Positions 1 to 7,204 of a stretch of 59,445 nt of DNA are shown piece after piece (positions within the stretch are counted from its first letter, which is position 1; every line of letters begins with the position of its first letter). Made by a program: the position numbers and the translations under genes. The stretch is from a virus. The stretch spans positions 1 through 59,445 of IMG/VR virus record IMGVR_UViG_3300023435_000002. One strand, 5' to 3'. The notes under the pieces were generated by a model that had not been told where the DNA came from, searched no databases, and saw only the letters and a program-made list of their open reading frames with translations.

Positions 1-99
1 TAGAATAAACTCTCCTATAAATGCAGAATCATTAAGAGGTTATAATGTTCAAAGATTATGGTTTTTTAAAGAATTAGACAAACTAGCAGGGGAGAAATT
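1..99. repeat. Direct terminal repeat, copy 1 (identical to 59347..59445)
   Basis: The first 99 nt (tagaataaactctcc...caggggagaaatt) recur exactly as the last 99 nt. An ORF starting at 59228 continues in frame across the junction. Confidence 0.95.
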
Positions 100-106
100 G
101 ATATGA
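1..106 (+). CDS. 3' end of the wrap-around ORF that starts at 59228 (MTLSDKI...ELAGEKLI family, member 3)
   Basis: The frame continues from 59444/45 plus nt 100 (ttg ata tga). It ends ...DKLAGEKLI*, and its stop overlaps the next ATG (ATGA). Confidence 0.6.
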   Translation, partial: RINSPINAESLRGYNVQRLWFFKELDKLAGEKLI

Positions 107-183
107 AAACTGAAACACAACCAGAAGATTTAATTGATGAAGCAGAATATATTTTCGGAAGAGAGGGAGAGAGAGGACTATGA
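103..183 (+). CDS. Small ORF, 26 aa ([26 protein letters not shown]), hypothetical
   Basis: ATGA overlaps at both ends link it to its neighbours. It is below the ORF-track size cut-off. Confidence 0.3.
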   Translation: MKTETQPEDLIDEAEYIFGREGERGL

Positions 184-467
184 ATAACTTCTGTAACTTC
201 TGTAACTCCTGTTACTCCTGTGACTACTGTAACTCCTGTTACTCCTGTGACTCCTGTTACTCCTGTAACTCCTGTTACTTCTGTGACTCCTGTAACTCCT
301 GTGACTCCTGTGACTCCTGTGAAAATCTTGTTAATGGATTTATGTGTATCAATCTAAAGCTAAACAAGAAAGATAAATCTAGATATTGGATATTTAATAA
401 AGAAGTTTCTAAAAAAGAATGGGATACGCGTTATAGAATAGGGGAGGAATTAGATGATGAAGACTAA
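180..467 (+). CDS. Cysteine-repeat protein with Cys at every third residue over about 45 aa, followed by a basic/acidic tail
   Basis: ORF track. The N-terminal part reads (C-[NDY]-[SFY])n with 16 Cys. Its start overlaps the upstream ORF as ATGA. Confidence 0.6.
   Translation: MNNFCNFCNSCYSCDYCNSCYSCDSCYSCNSCYFCDSCNSCDSCDSCENLVNGFMCINLKLNKKDKSRYWIFNKEVSKKEWDTRYRIGEELDDED
192..320. repeat. About 14 tandem 9-bp units TGTNACTCC
   Basis: tgtaacttc tgtaactcc tgttactcc tgtgactac ... read directly. Most variation sits at the first base of the NAC codon (A/T/G). Confidence 0.9.
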
Positions 468-564
468 AGAAATAAGACGTGTAATTAATATAATGAGAGA
501 CCTTATAGCTCACTCAATTTCACTACAAGACGCTTATAAAGAATTACTGGAGATGGAAGAATGA
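454..564 (+). CDS. Small ORF, 36 aa ([17 protein letters not shown]...), hypothetical
   Basis: GGGGAGG lies 7 nt upstream. The stop overlaps the next ATG (ATGA). Confidence 0.35.
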   Translation: MMKTKEIRRVINIMRDLIAHSISLQDAYKELLEMEE

Positions 565-740
565 AAACATTAAGTGATAAAATAATAAGTCACAATCCAA
601 ATAAAGATGATAGACTTATCTACGTTAAAGACGTTAAAGAATTTATTAAGGAGTTGAAAAAAGGAATTAACAATGGTTTAAGAGCAGGAAAATTAATACG
701 CAAAGACATCGACGAACTAGCAGGGGAGAAATTAATATGA
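561..740 (+). CDS. MTLSDKI...ELAGEKLI family, member 1 (59 aa)
   Basis: MKTLSDKIISHN...VKDVKEFIKELK...DELAGEKLI*. It shares N-terminal, central and C-terminal motifs with the ORF at 59228 (wrap), and the N-terminus with the ORF at 58080. Confidence 0.5.
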   Translation: MKTLSDKIISHNPNKDDRLIYVKDVKEFIKELKKGINNGLRAGKLIRKDIDELAGEKLI

Positions 741-1111
741 ACTCACTAGACAAATACGGAAATTGTCCGGTATGTAACGAAAGTTGGGATGGTGGGGATA
801 TTCATAAAGATATAAGAAAACACTATTCAGAGCCATTTAAATGGTCAAAACTTATAGGAATTGAAATTAGAGAAAGGTATGACGGAATATCTATTTGGGA
901 ATGTCCATTTTGTAAATCACAATGGGATAGATTCACAAAAGAATTAATAACTAATAGTCAGCAGATAAAAAAGGATGATGAGGTTACACTTACAACCGAA
1001 AATATTCATCTGGAAACCCGAAGCAAAGCAGAGGAAGATAATAAAAAAAGTGATAAGACTGCGGATGTGGATAATCAGTCTGCTGACAATCAACCAAATA
1101 TACATAAATAA
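737..1111 (+). CDS. Zinc-ribbon protein, hypothetical
   Basis: ORF track. Contains CPVC...CPFC pairs and has an ATGA overlap upstream. Confidence 0.65.
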   Translation: MNSLDKYGNCPVCNESWDGGDIHKDIRKHYSEPFKWSKLIGIEIRERYDGISIWECPFCKSQWDRFTKELITNSQQIKKDDEVTLTTENIHLETRSKAEEDNKKSDKTADVDNQSADNQPNIHK

Positions 1112-1138
1112 TATAATATATTTAAAACAAACAATATA

Positions 1139-1146
1139 TTTATATA
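1139..1146 (+). promoter_or_regulatory. TATA-box candidate (TTTATATA)
   Basis: Sits in the intergenic AT-rich stretch. The downstream gene at 1204 has GAGG 9 nt before its ATG. Confidence 0.35.
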
Positions 1147-1203
1147 AGATAAACAATTTAATATATTGTTCTCAAAATATATTTAGTTCAGAGGCAAAAA
1201 AGA

Positions 1204-1719
1204 ATGGTAGAAACAAAGACTGATTATAAACTGCAAGGAAAGAAAAATAGAAAGTCTGGAGCAGACTTTGAAAGAAGAGTTCGTGCAGACTTGAATTCTA
1301 AAGGTTGGATTGTGGATAAGTGGGGGAATAATGTTGAGTTTGGTGGAAGTATATTAGTTCCATCCAAAGATAAACTTATTGGTGTTGATTTTGCAAAAGA
1401 CCACGGAAGACTAATCCAAGCTAAAAATAAATGGGCAGGTCCAAATAGACCAATGATGATGGGTGCTGGATTCCCTGACTTTATAGCATTTAAATTAGTA
1501 CCAGACGTTTTAATAAATACACCAACAACACCAACTTATAAAGTTAATCATTTATACGAAGTAATAGGAGTAGAATGTAAAGTGAACGGCTACCTCAAAC
1601 CAGAAGAAAAAGAAAAGTGTCAATGGCTTCTGGATAATCATATCTTCAGCAAAATCCTCATAGCTAGCAAGACAAAAGAAGGTCGAAAGATTATAGTTAA
1701 ATATAAGGAGTTTAAATGA
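1204..1719 (+). CDS. Holliday-junction-resolvase-like PD-(D/E)xK nuclease (Hjc-like)
   Basis: GADFERRVRADLNSKGW, then PDFIAFK, then GVECK. This matches the E...D...ExK layout of archaeal Hjc-type resolvases. Confidence 0.6.
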   Translation: MVETKTDYKLQGKKNRKSGADFERRVRADLNSKGWIVDKWGNNVEFGGSILVPSKDKLIGVDFAKDHGRLIQAKNKWAGPNRPMMMGAGFPDFIAFKLVPDVLINTPTTPTYKVNHLYEVIGVECKVNGYLKPEEKEKCQWLLDNHIFSKILIASKTKEGRKIIVKYKEFK

Positions 1720-1949
1720 CAGACATAATATCAATTTTATTAAATGAAGAAAGTGCACAATTATTCCCACAAGAGATAAATATAGATGTAGAAGGGGAAC
1801 AATTAAAATTCTATTTATCATACACCGCACATATGGGAGTCAATGATGGACCAACCCACTTAATGATTGAATACAGAGATATCAGACAAGAAATGGGAGA
1901 ATTATTAGAGTATGAAAGAGGTTATGAGGAACCAGAGCAATGCAAATAA
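1716..1949 (+). CDS. Hypothetical protein
   Basis: ORF track. Co-oriented with its neighbours, with an ATGA overlap. Confidence 0.6.
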   Translation: MTDIISILLNEESAQLFPQEINIDVEGEQLKFYLSYTAHMGVNDGPTHLMIEYRDIRQEMGELLEYERGYEEPEQCK

Positions 1950-2203
1950 TTGTAACAACTGACCAGAAGTTAATAGTAGCAACCGGACCTCATGTCAACA
2001 CTACCAATACTCTAGCAAGAAGTATTAATGGTACATTTGCCTGGACTCATGGATGTATTAAGAGACTTGTAGATGAAAATATATTTGAGATTGATACAGA
2101 ACAAAGAAAGGATAATAAAAGAAGCAAACCAGTCAAACTTACAGAAAAAGGTATAAAAATTAGAGATTTATTACTTGAGCTTGAGAAGGTGACAAATGGC
2201 TGA
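1940..2203 (+). CDS. Putative winged-helix DNA-binding protein
   Basis: ...KPVKLTEKGIKIRDLLLELE resembles the wing and C-terminal helix of MarR/PadR-type wHTH proteins. It overlaps both neighbours. Confidence 0.45.
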   Translation: MQIIVTTDQKLIVATGPHVNTTNTLARSINGTFAWTHGCIKRLVDENIFEIDTEQRKDNKRSKPVKLTEKGIKIRDLLLELEKVTNG

Positions 2204-4346
2204 TAAGCAATTATTCCTTCAACACATTCAAGAAAAATATAAAGATATAAAAGTACACTTCATAGACCAACCTAATCATAACATTTGGAAGGCAGAAAAG
2301 ATGTTATCCCAATTAAGTATGAAAGAAATAAATGAAGTTAATCTCCGTAAGATTTTCTCTGATGAAATAGTTTTAGATATTGAAGAACCAGCTGAACTTG
2401 TTAAAATAAGAACCAAGCTCGATGATAAGAATTGGAGTTATTCCGTTTGGTCAACCGGCAGTAGAGGTTATCATATTTCTCTTATATTTGAAGACCTAGC
2501 ACAATATGATATTAAGGAACGAAATATGTTTAGGTCATACATTATAAAAGAATTTGGAACTGATGAAACCAAATCTAGTGAAAGAACATGGTTGGCTTTA
2601 GAACATGCAAAACATTTTAAGACCGGAAATGAAAAGAGATTAATTATAAAAAAGAATGGTAAAATTAATTTACTTCCTAATGCAGTAATAGATTATGTTA
2701 AGAAACTTTCAAAGATGTATGAGGAGAATAAATTAGAACAAGACGAAGACTTCACAGACTTTCTTAGTAATCCCTACTTAAAATGGGTATTAGAAAGAGA
2801 GGAACCATTGATGAATGGAAACAGAAATAGTGTTCTATTCAAGAATCTTGCCGTTGGATTAGTTCGGCATGGTTTGAATGAGCAAGAGATAAAAGATTAT
2901 GCAGAAAAGATAATATTAAAATGTCCTGGAAAATCTATTAGTGAATTTATGGGGTGGGTTCAAAAGGCAATAGTAGGGGAATTTACGGACTATAATATAT
3001 ATGAAATGGTTAAGTGGGCTGAAGAATATGACCATCCAATATTACATAAGCTTGTTGGTGGGGAGGATGATATTAAGAAATTAATGACTACGAAAGATAT
3101 GTGGGATATGATTTGGAATCATGAAATTGTATCACAACCTTTTTGGAAAGATTTATGTTTTTATTCAATGTTATCAGCAGTACTTCAAGAGAAAGAAAAG
3201 GATTATAGAATACATGGTATATTTTCATCATTCACTTCAACTGGAAAGGATGAGGGAATTAATTTAACACAAAAAGTTATTGAAGATTTTGGGTTAAGTA
3301 CATTAACATTAAGTGAGGCAACTGATAAAACTCTTGTAGGTGGAATCAATGAAACTTTAAAAGAATTTAATAGTAAAAATGGATTGGCTGAGGATGAAAC
3401 TAAAATAATTAGAGGTAATGAAGTTTCATATCAAACTCCTATTGAAAAAGGAGTATTGTCAACTTGTCAGTGGTTGGCTTTTCCAGAAGCGGAAAGTATA
3501 TTTAAACCAGGAGCGGCAAATATGAGAGTGCAAAGTATATTACGACAAGCTATGGATAAAAAAAGAAGAGTTGAAAAAGGAGTTGGAGGATTTATAATTA
3601 AAGCAGAAACTAATACTTCAATATTATTAGCATCTTATCCTCTTGATGATGTCATTGGTAAAATATTAGATAATGGATTATTTCAAAGAGTTATATTTTT
3701 TGATGCAAAAATATCTGAGGAGATGAGTGAAATTATTGAGAATCATCAAATAAAAAAAATGTTTAATCCTGATGATATTGATAAATATAATAAGGATATT
3801 TATATATTTCATTTAGTTGAAAAATTAAAGGAGACAAAGATGTGGTACGAAGAAAATAAAAACGAAATAAAATATAAAAATAATGAAATAGGAAATCATT
3901 TAACAATATTAAAAGATAAATTTAAAAAATCATATAGTATGCTACCAAAACATGATAAACATATTTTAGATGCAGTATTACGTAGAGGTATAGTTAATAT
4001 AAATAAGTTATGTATGTTAAATGCTGTTTGGAATCATAAAAAAGTGCTAACAAAAGATACAGTTGAGGAGATGTTTAATTTTTATATTCAGTCATTAAAT
4101 TGTATTAAATACTTACTACTTAAAAAAGATAATAATCAAAAGTTAATGATATCATTACGATATATGTTAAAGGATGGAAAAAGGACTTCGACATTTATAT
4201 ATGAGGAAATGAAAAAACACATGGGTATAACATCAACAAGTGTCTTCGCTAATTTTAAAAAGAAAGCATTGGCACAAAAAGTTGTTGAAGAGATTAAGGA
4301 AGGAAACTTTAGATATTTACAGTTAAATAAGGATTGTATAATGTAA
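2196..4346 (+). CDS. Primase-polymerase (AEP-like) with a large C-terminal domain, possibly a helicase/ATPase
   Basis: VLDIEEP and WSTGSRGYHISLIF resemble prim-pol motifs I and II. The C-terminal roughly 450 aa has only a deviant P-loop-like STGKDEG. Confidence 0.55.
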   Translation: MADKQLFLQHIQEKYKDIKVHFIDQPNHNIWKAEKMLSQLSMKEINEVNLRKIFSDEIVLDIEEPAELVKIRTKLDDKNWSYSVWSTGSRGYHISLIFEDLAQYDIKERNMFRSYIIKEFGTDETKSSERTWLALEHAKHFKTGNEKRLIIKKNGKINLLPNAVIDYVKKLSKMYEENKLEQDEDFTDFLSNPYLKWVLEREEPLMNGNRNSVLFKNLAVGLVRHGLNEQEIKDYAEKIILKCPGKSISEFMGWVQKAIVGEFTDYNIYEMVKWAEEYDHPILHKLVGGEDDIKKLMTTKDMWDMIWNHEIVSQPFWKDLCFYSMLSAVLQEKEKDYRIHGIFSSFTSTGKDEGINLTQKVIEDFGLSTLTLSEATDKTLVGGINETLKEFNSKNGLAEDETKIIRGNEVSYQTPIEKGVLSTCQWLAFPEAESIFKPGAANMRVQSILRQAMDKKRRVEKGVGGFIIKAETNTSILLASYPLDDVIGKILDNGLFQRVIFFDAKISEEMSEIIENHQIKKMFNPDDIDKYNKDIYIFHLVEKLKETKMWYEENKNEIKYKNNEIGNHLTILKDKFKKSYSMLPKHDKHILDAVLRRGIVNINKLCMLNAVWNHKKVLTKDTVEEMFNFYIQSLNCIKYLLLKKDNNQKLMISLRYMLKDGKRTSTFIYEEMKKHMGITSTSVFANFKKKALAQKVVEEIKEGNFRYLQLNKDCIM

Positions 4347-4374
4347 ATAACCTATATGATAGACTATAACAATG

Positions 4375-4382
4375 TTTATATA
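4375..4382 (+). promoter_or_regulatory. TATA-box candidate (TTTATATA)
   Basis: Intergenic, about 40 nt upstream of the ATG at 4423. Confidence 0.35.
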
Positions 4383-4422
4383 CTCTGAATATAATAATAT
4401 TATATAGAAAGGATAAAATAAA

Positions 4423-4692
4423 ATGATAAAAATAAAAGAAAAAACAAAAGACGAACAACAATACATTGGTATTATGAAAAGTGTTTATAAGACCAAACGT
4501 CAACTTGCAATAGTAGCAGGTGTTGGATTAGTATTGGTAGGAGTAGCAACTTTACCAGTTCCATGTGGAAGTATTCAGATGATAGTAGCTGGAGGGATGT
4601 TAATCTTTATTCCAGGTACAAGTCTTAAAAAAGCAAGTAAACAAATAAAGTGGCACATTAAAACTAAAATTAAAATGAGGCAAAACAAATGA
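4423..4692 (+). CDS. Small membrane protein
   Basis: ORF track. Two hydrophobic segments (LAIVAGVGLVLVGVATL and MIVAGGMLIFIPG). Confidence 0.6.
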   Translation: MIKIKEKTKDEQQYIGIMKSVYKTKRQLAIVAGVGLVLVGVATLPVPCGSIQMIVAGGMLIFIPGTSLKKASKQIKWHIKTKIKMRQNK

Positions 4693-4817
4693 AAATATAT
4701 AATTCAGTAGGATGTACAATTGATGGAATTACAGAAAGTGAACTTGAGAAATTCAAGAAAGCTGGATGGATGACAGAAGAAGAATATAAAAAAGCTAATC
4801 CGGAGGAGTTTAAATGA
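4689..4817 (+). CDS. Small ORF, 42 aa, hypothetical
   Basis: MKIYNSVGCTIDG...PEEFK*. ATGA overlaps on both sides, and GGAGG lies before the next gene. Confidence 0.4.
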   Translation: MKIYNSVGCTIDGITESELEKFKKAGWMTEEEYKKANPEEFK

Positions 4818-5275
4818 AAGTAGTAGTTAATAAATGTTATGGAGGATTCGGATTATCAGTAAAAGCTCTTATGAAACTTATAGAAATGAAGTCTGATATT
4901 ATTGAAAAAACTACCGTTCAACATTATTATTGTGGTTCTGATGATTATAAAAAGAGGAACGCTCCATGTTATAACCCTAATTGGAAAGAAAAGTTTGAAA
5001 AAGATTCAAAAGACAAGAAAAGTGATGTAGGAAATGGATTTTATACTTTTGGTTGGGGAGAAACACTAACCGATGATAAATTTATATATGATATAGATAT
5101 ATATAGGTTGGATAGGTCAAACAAGGACTTGATAAAAGTTGTAGAAGATATGGGGGAAGAAGCAAGTGATAGACATGCAAACCTTAAGGTAATAGAAATA
5201 CCAGATGGAGTTGAGTATGAAATTGATGAGTATGATGGAATTGAATCAATACACGAGGTGCATAGGTCATGGTAA
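4814..5275 (+). CDS. Conserved phage protein of unknown function (CYGGFGLS...EYDGxE motifs)
   Basis: NKCYGGFGLS at the N-terminus and IEIPDGVEYEIDEYDGIE near the C-terminus. I recognise this only as a recurrent phage family. Confidence 0.6.
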   Translation: MKVVVNKCYGGFGLSVKALMKLIEMKSDIIEKTTVQHYYCGSDDYKKRNAPCYNPNWKEKFEKDSKDKKSDVGNGFYTFGWGETLTDDKFIYDIDIYRLDRSNKDLIKVVEDMGEEASDRHANLKVIEIPDGVEYEIDEYDGIESIHEVHRSW

Positions 5276-5583
5276 GTAAATTTAATAATTCAGTGAAAAG
5301 AACAAAAAGACCAACAGGTGAAGCGGCGGCATTAAAGTCAACTGGAACCATGTTTGTTGTAGGTGGAGGAGTTATATGTTTAATATCATTACCTCTAGTA
5401 TTAATATTAATAGGAATATTTCCTCTTATAGGTGGACTTATGATGATTATATCTGGAGTTCGTATTCTTAATAGCTCAACATATAATCCGATTCCATGTC
5501 CAAAATGTCATACTAAACTTAATCCATTTAAAGATAGAGTGATATGTACAAAGTGTAAAAATGTTATGGAGGTGACATTATGA
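5269..5583 (+). CDS. Membrane protein with a C-terminal zinc ribbon
   Basis: Two transmembrane-like stretches, then CPKC...CTKC. Confidence 0.6.
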   Translation: MVSKFNNSVKRTKRPTGEAAALKSTGTMFVVGGGVICLISLPLVLILIGIFPLIGGLMMIISGVRILNSSTYNPIPCPKCHTKLNPFKDRVICTKCKNVMEVTL

Positions 5584-5774
5584 TATTTGGAAGATGCCCA
5601 GATTGTAAGGAGATTAAATTCCTAACAAAACATAGTGAAAGTGGAAATCACCAACCTCCATATATTCGTGTATGTAGAAAATGCCATGATGATAGGCACG
5701 GTATAGTAACTAAACCATTAAAAACTAATAAAAAATATGCAAGAGGAACTAAAAGGCAACATAAAAGAAAGTAA
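5580..5774 (+). CDS. Zinc-ribbon protein with a basic tail
   Basis: CPDC...CRKCHDDRH, then KKYARGTKRQHKRK. ATGA overlap. Confidence 0.55.
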   Translation: MIFGRCPDCKEIKFLTKHSESGNHQPPYIRVCRKCHDDRHGIVTKPLKTNKKYARGTKRQHKRK

Positions 5775-5796
5775 TATATGTTACAAAACAATAACA

Positions 5797-5804
5797 TTTA
5801 TAAA
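5797..5804 (+). promoter_or_regulatory. TATA-box candidate (TTTATAAA); the transcript would be nearly leaderless
   Basis: 26 nt separate the box from the ATG at 5831, and there is no Shine-Dalgarno sequence between them. Confidence 0.45.
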
Positions 5805-5830
5805 TATAATAATATTAAATAATATATACA

Positions 5831-6106
5831 ATGGAAAACAAAAATAAAAAATTAAACAGAATAGATAATGTTCAAAGAAACGTGCGGAAAATCGGAGATA
5901 GCTTTTATGTAATAGTTGGAGCCGATGAAATGCGATGGCTAGGGAATCCAGAAATGTTACTGGTAACCTTTGAAAATCTCTTTGAGGAATATACTGAGAT
6001 AGAATGTCCAGTATGTAAAACAAAAGTCGTCCTAAATAATATAGGAGAGGTTTCAGATACTGAGCCTGATGCGGCAAGAGAATTAAATGATGGAGGTAAT
6101 AAATAA
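5831..6106 (+). CDS. Putative AbrB/SpoVT-like DNA-binding protein with a zinc ribbon
   Basis: RKIGDSFYVIVGADEM resembles the swapped-hairpin AbrB motif. CPVCKTK lies downstream. Confidence 0.4.
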   Translation: MENKNKKLNRIDNVQRNVRKIGDSFYVIVGADEMRWLGNPEMLLVTFENLFEEYTEIECPVCKTKVVLNNIGEVSDTEPDAARELNDGGNK

Positions 6107-6531
6107 TGGAAGGTACTAATGATTTAGGATTAGAAGTGATGCCTAACAATTCTGTTGATACTGAAAAGTACAATGGTGTTAGAAGTAAGATTGCAAAGGT
6201 GTATAAGGGTACAAAGTTATCAGATTACGATGAGAATAGTGTCTACAAAGAAGGTTTGCAAAGAGAGCAACCAATAGTTACTGTAGAGACAGACGTAATT
6301 GGAGAAACTGACGCAGGTGAACCAATTACAGTTAAGAATGATATTAACTTAAAGGTTAATCCAAAGACTGGAAACTTGGCGTTCTCTACACATCCAAAAA
6401 GTAACTCAGCGAAAATATTTGCTAAGTTTAATGTAACAACATTTGAAGAGCTTATTGGAAAAGAGTGTTTAGTGGTAGAAAAATGCAATCCGGAAAAGCC
6501 AGACCGAAAATGGTTAACAATTCAATATTAA
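6106..6531 (+). CDS. Hypothetical protein
   Basis: ORF track. TAATG junction with the upstream gene. Confidence 0.6.
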   Translation: MEGTNDLGLEVMPNNSVDTEKYNGVRSKIAKVYKGTKLSDYDENSVYKEGLQREQPIVTVETDVIGETDAGEPITVKNDINLKVNPKTGNLAFSTHPKSNSAKIFAKFNVTTFEELIGKECLVVEKCNPEKPDRKWLTIQY

Positions 6532-6559
6532 GTTAATATTGAAATCACAATAAATGTAT

Positions 6560-6646
6560 TACCTTGCGGGGAATTAAGGTACCCGTTCACAATCACAGCT
6601 CACGAGGGAGTCGACAAGAGCGAGAGTTGCTCCCTCTTCATACTCA
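6560..6646 (+). other. GC-rich structured intergenic element E1 (two hairpins plus a CTCCCTCTTCATACTCA tail)
   Basis: TACCTT/AAGGTA stem (6560-6581) and GGGAG/CTCCC stem (6606-6634). The tail motif is shared with 17072-17090. Confidence 0.4.
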
Positions 6647-6659
6647 AAAAAAAGAAAAA

Positions 6660-6788
6660 ATGATAAAAAATATAAAAAAAGAAACGGTAGAAGAAATAAG
6701 AGCTTTTTTAAAGTTTATTTCTGAAACATATGTCTTTGACCAAATGGCTATAACAGTGGCAAATAGATTAAGGAGAGAAATAAAATGA
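6660..6788 (+). CDS. Small ORF, 42 aa, first gene of the que operon
   Basis: Internal ATG of track ORF 6564..6788. The upstream part of that ORF runs through the structured element E1. ATGA overlap with queD. Confidence 0.4.
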   Translation: MIKNIKKETVEEIRAFLKFISETYVFDQMAITVANRLRREIK

Positions 6789-7204
6789 TAATAAAAGAAC
6801 AAACAAAATTCGATTTCGACTCAGCCCACAGGTTAGTTGGATATAAAGGATTGTGTAATAATTTACATGGTCATATTTGGACAGTTATAATTGATATTGA
6901 AGGAACAGAAAAAGATTTGGATGAGGTTGGAATACTTTGGGATTTTACTAATGTAAAAAAGATAAAGACAATCTTTGACCATAAAACTATTCTAAAGAAT
7001 TGTGATGAGAATCTAGCATTAATTAAAGAAATTAAAAGAACATGTGGAGCAGATGCAGTATTTGTAATGCATGATAATCCAACAGCTGAACATTTAGCTA
7101 TGTTAATTTTACAAACATTAGAACTTGAAAATGATAAGTTAAAGTTTAAAGTAAAAGTTTACGAGACCCCTAAAAGTTATGCGGAGGTGACTTCAAAATT
7201 ATAG
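6785..7204 (+). CDS. queD: 6-carboxy-5,6,7,8-tetrahydropterin synthase
   Basis: FDFDSAHRL...GLCNNLHGHIW (catalytic Cys plus HGH zinc motif). The size of about 139 aa fits. Confidence 0.85.
   Translation: MIIKEQTKFDFDSAHRLVGYKGLCNNLHGHIWTVIIDIEGTEKDLDEVGILWDFTNVKKIKTIFDHKTILKNCDENLALIKEIKRTCGADAVFVMHDNPTAEHLAMLILQTLELENDKLKFKVKVYETPKSYAEVTSKL

Noticed and set aside
192-320. The Cys-repeat array as the variable region of a diversity-generating retroelement.
   Set aside because: No reverse transcriptase ORF is present, and I could see no template-repeat copy elsewhere. Variation is confined to one codon position across tandem units, and there is no VR/TR pair to compare.
6560-6646. E1 as a preQ1 riboswitch controlling the que operon.
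   Set aside because: I cannot fit it to the small preQ1-I hairpin/A-tail consensus or to other classes by eye. A sister element at 17041-17090 is not next to que genes. I keep it only as an untested possibility in the findings.
6564-6659. N-terminal extension of track ORF 6564..6788 (MRGIKVPVHNHSSRGSRQERELLPLHTQKKEK).
   Set aside because: It runs through the GC-rich hairpin element E1 and has an atypical composition. An internal ATG at 6660 gives a compact ORF that is coupled to queD.
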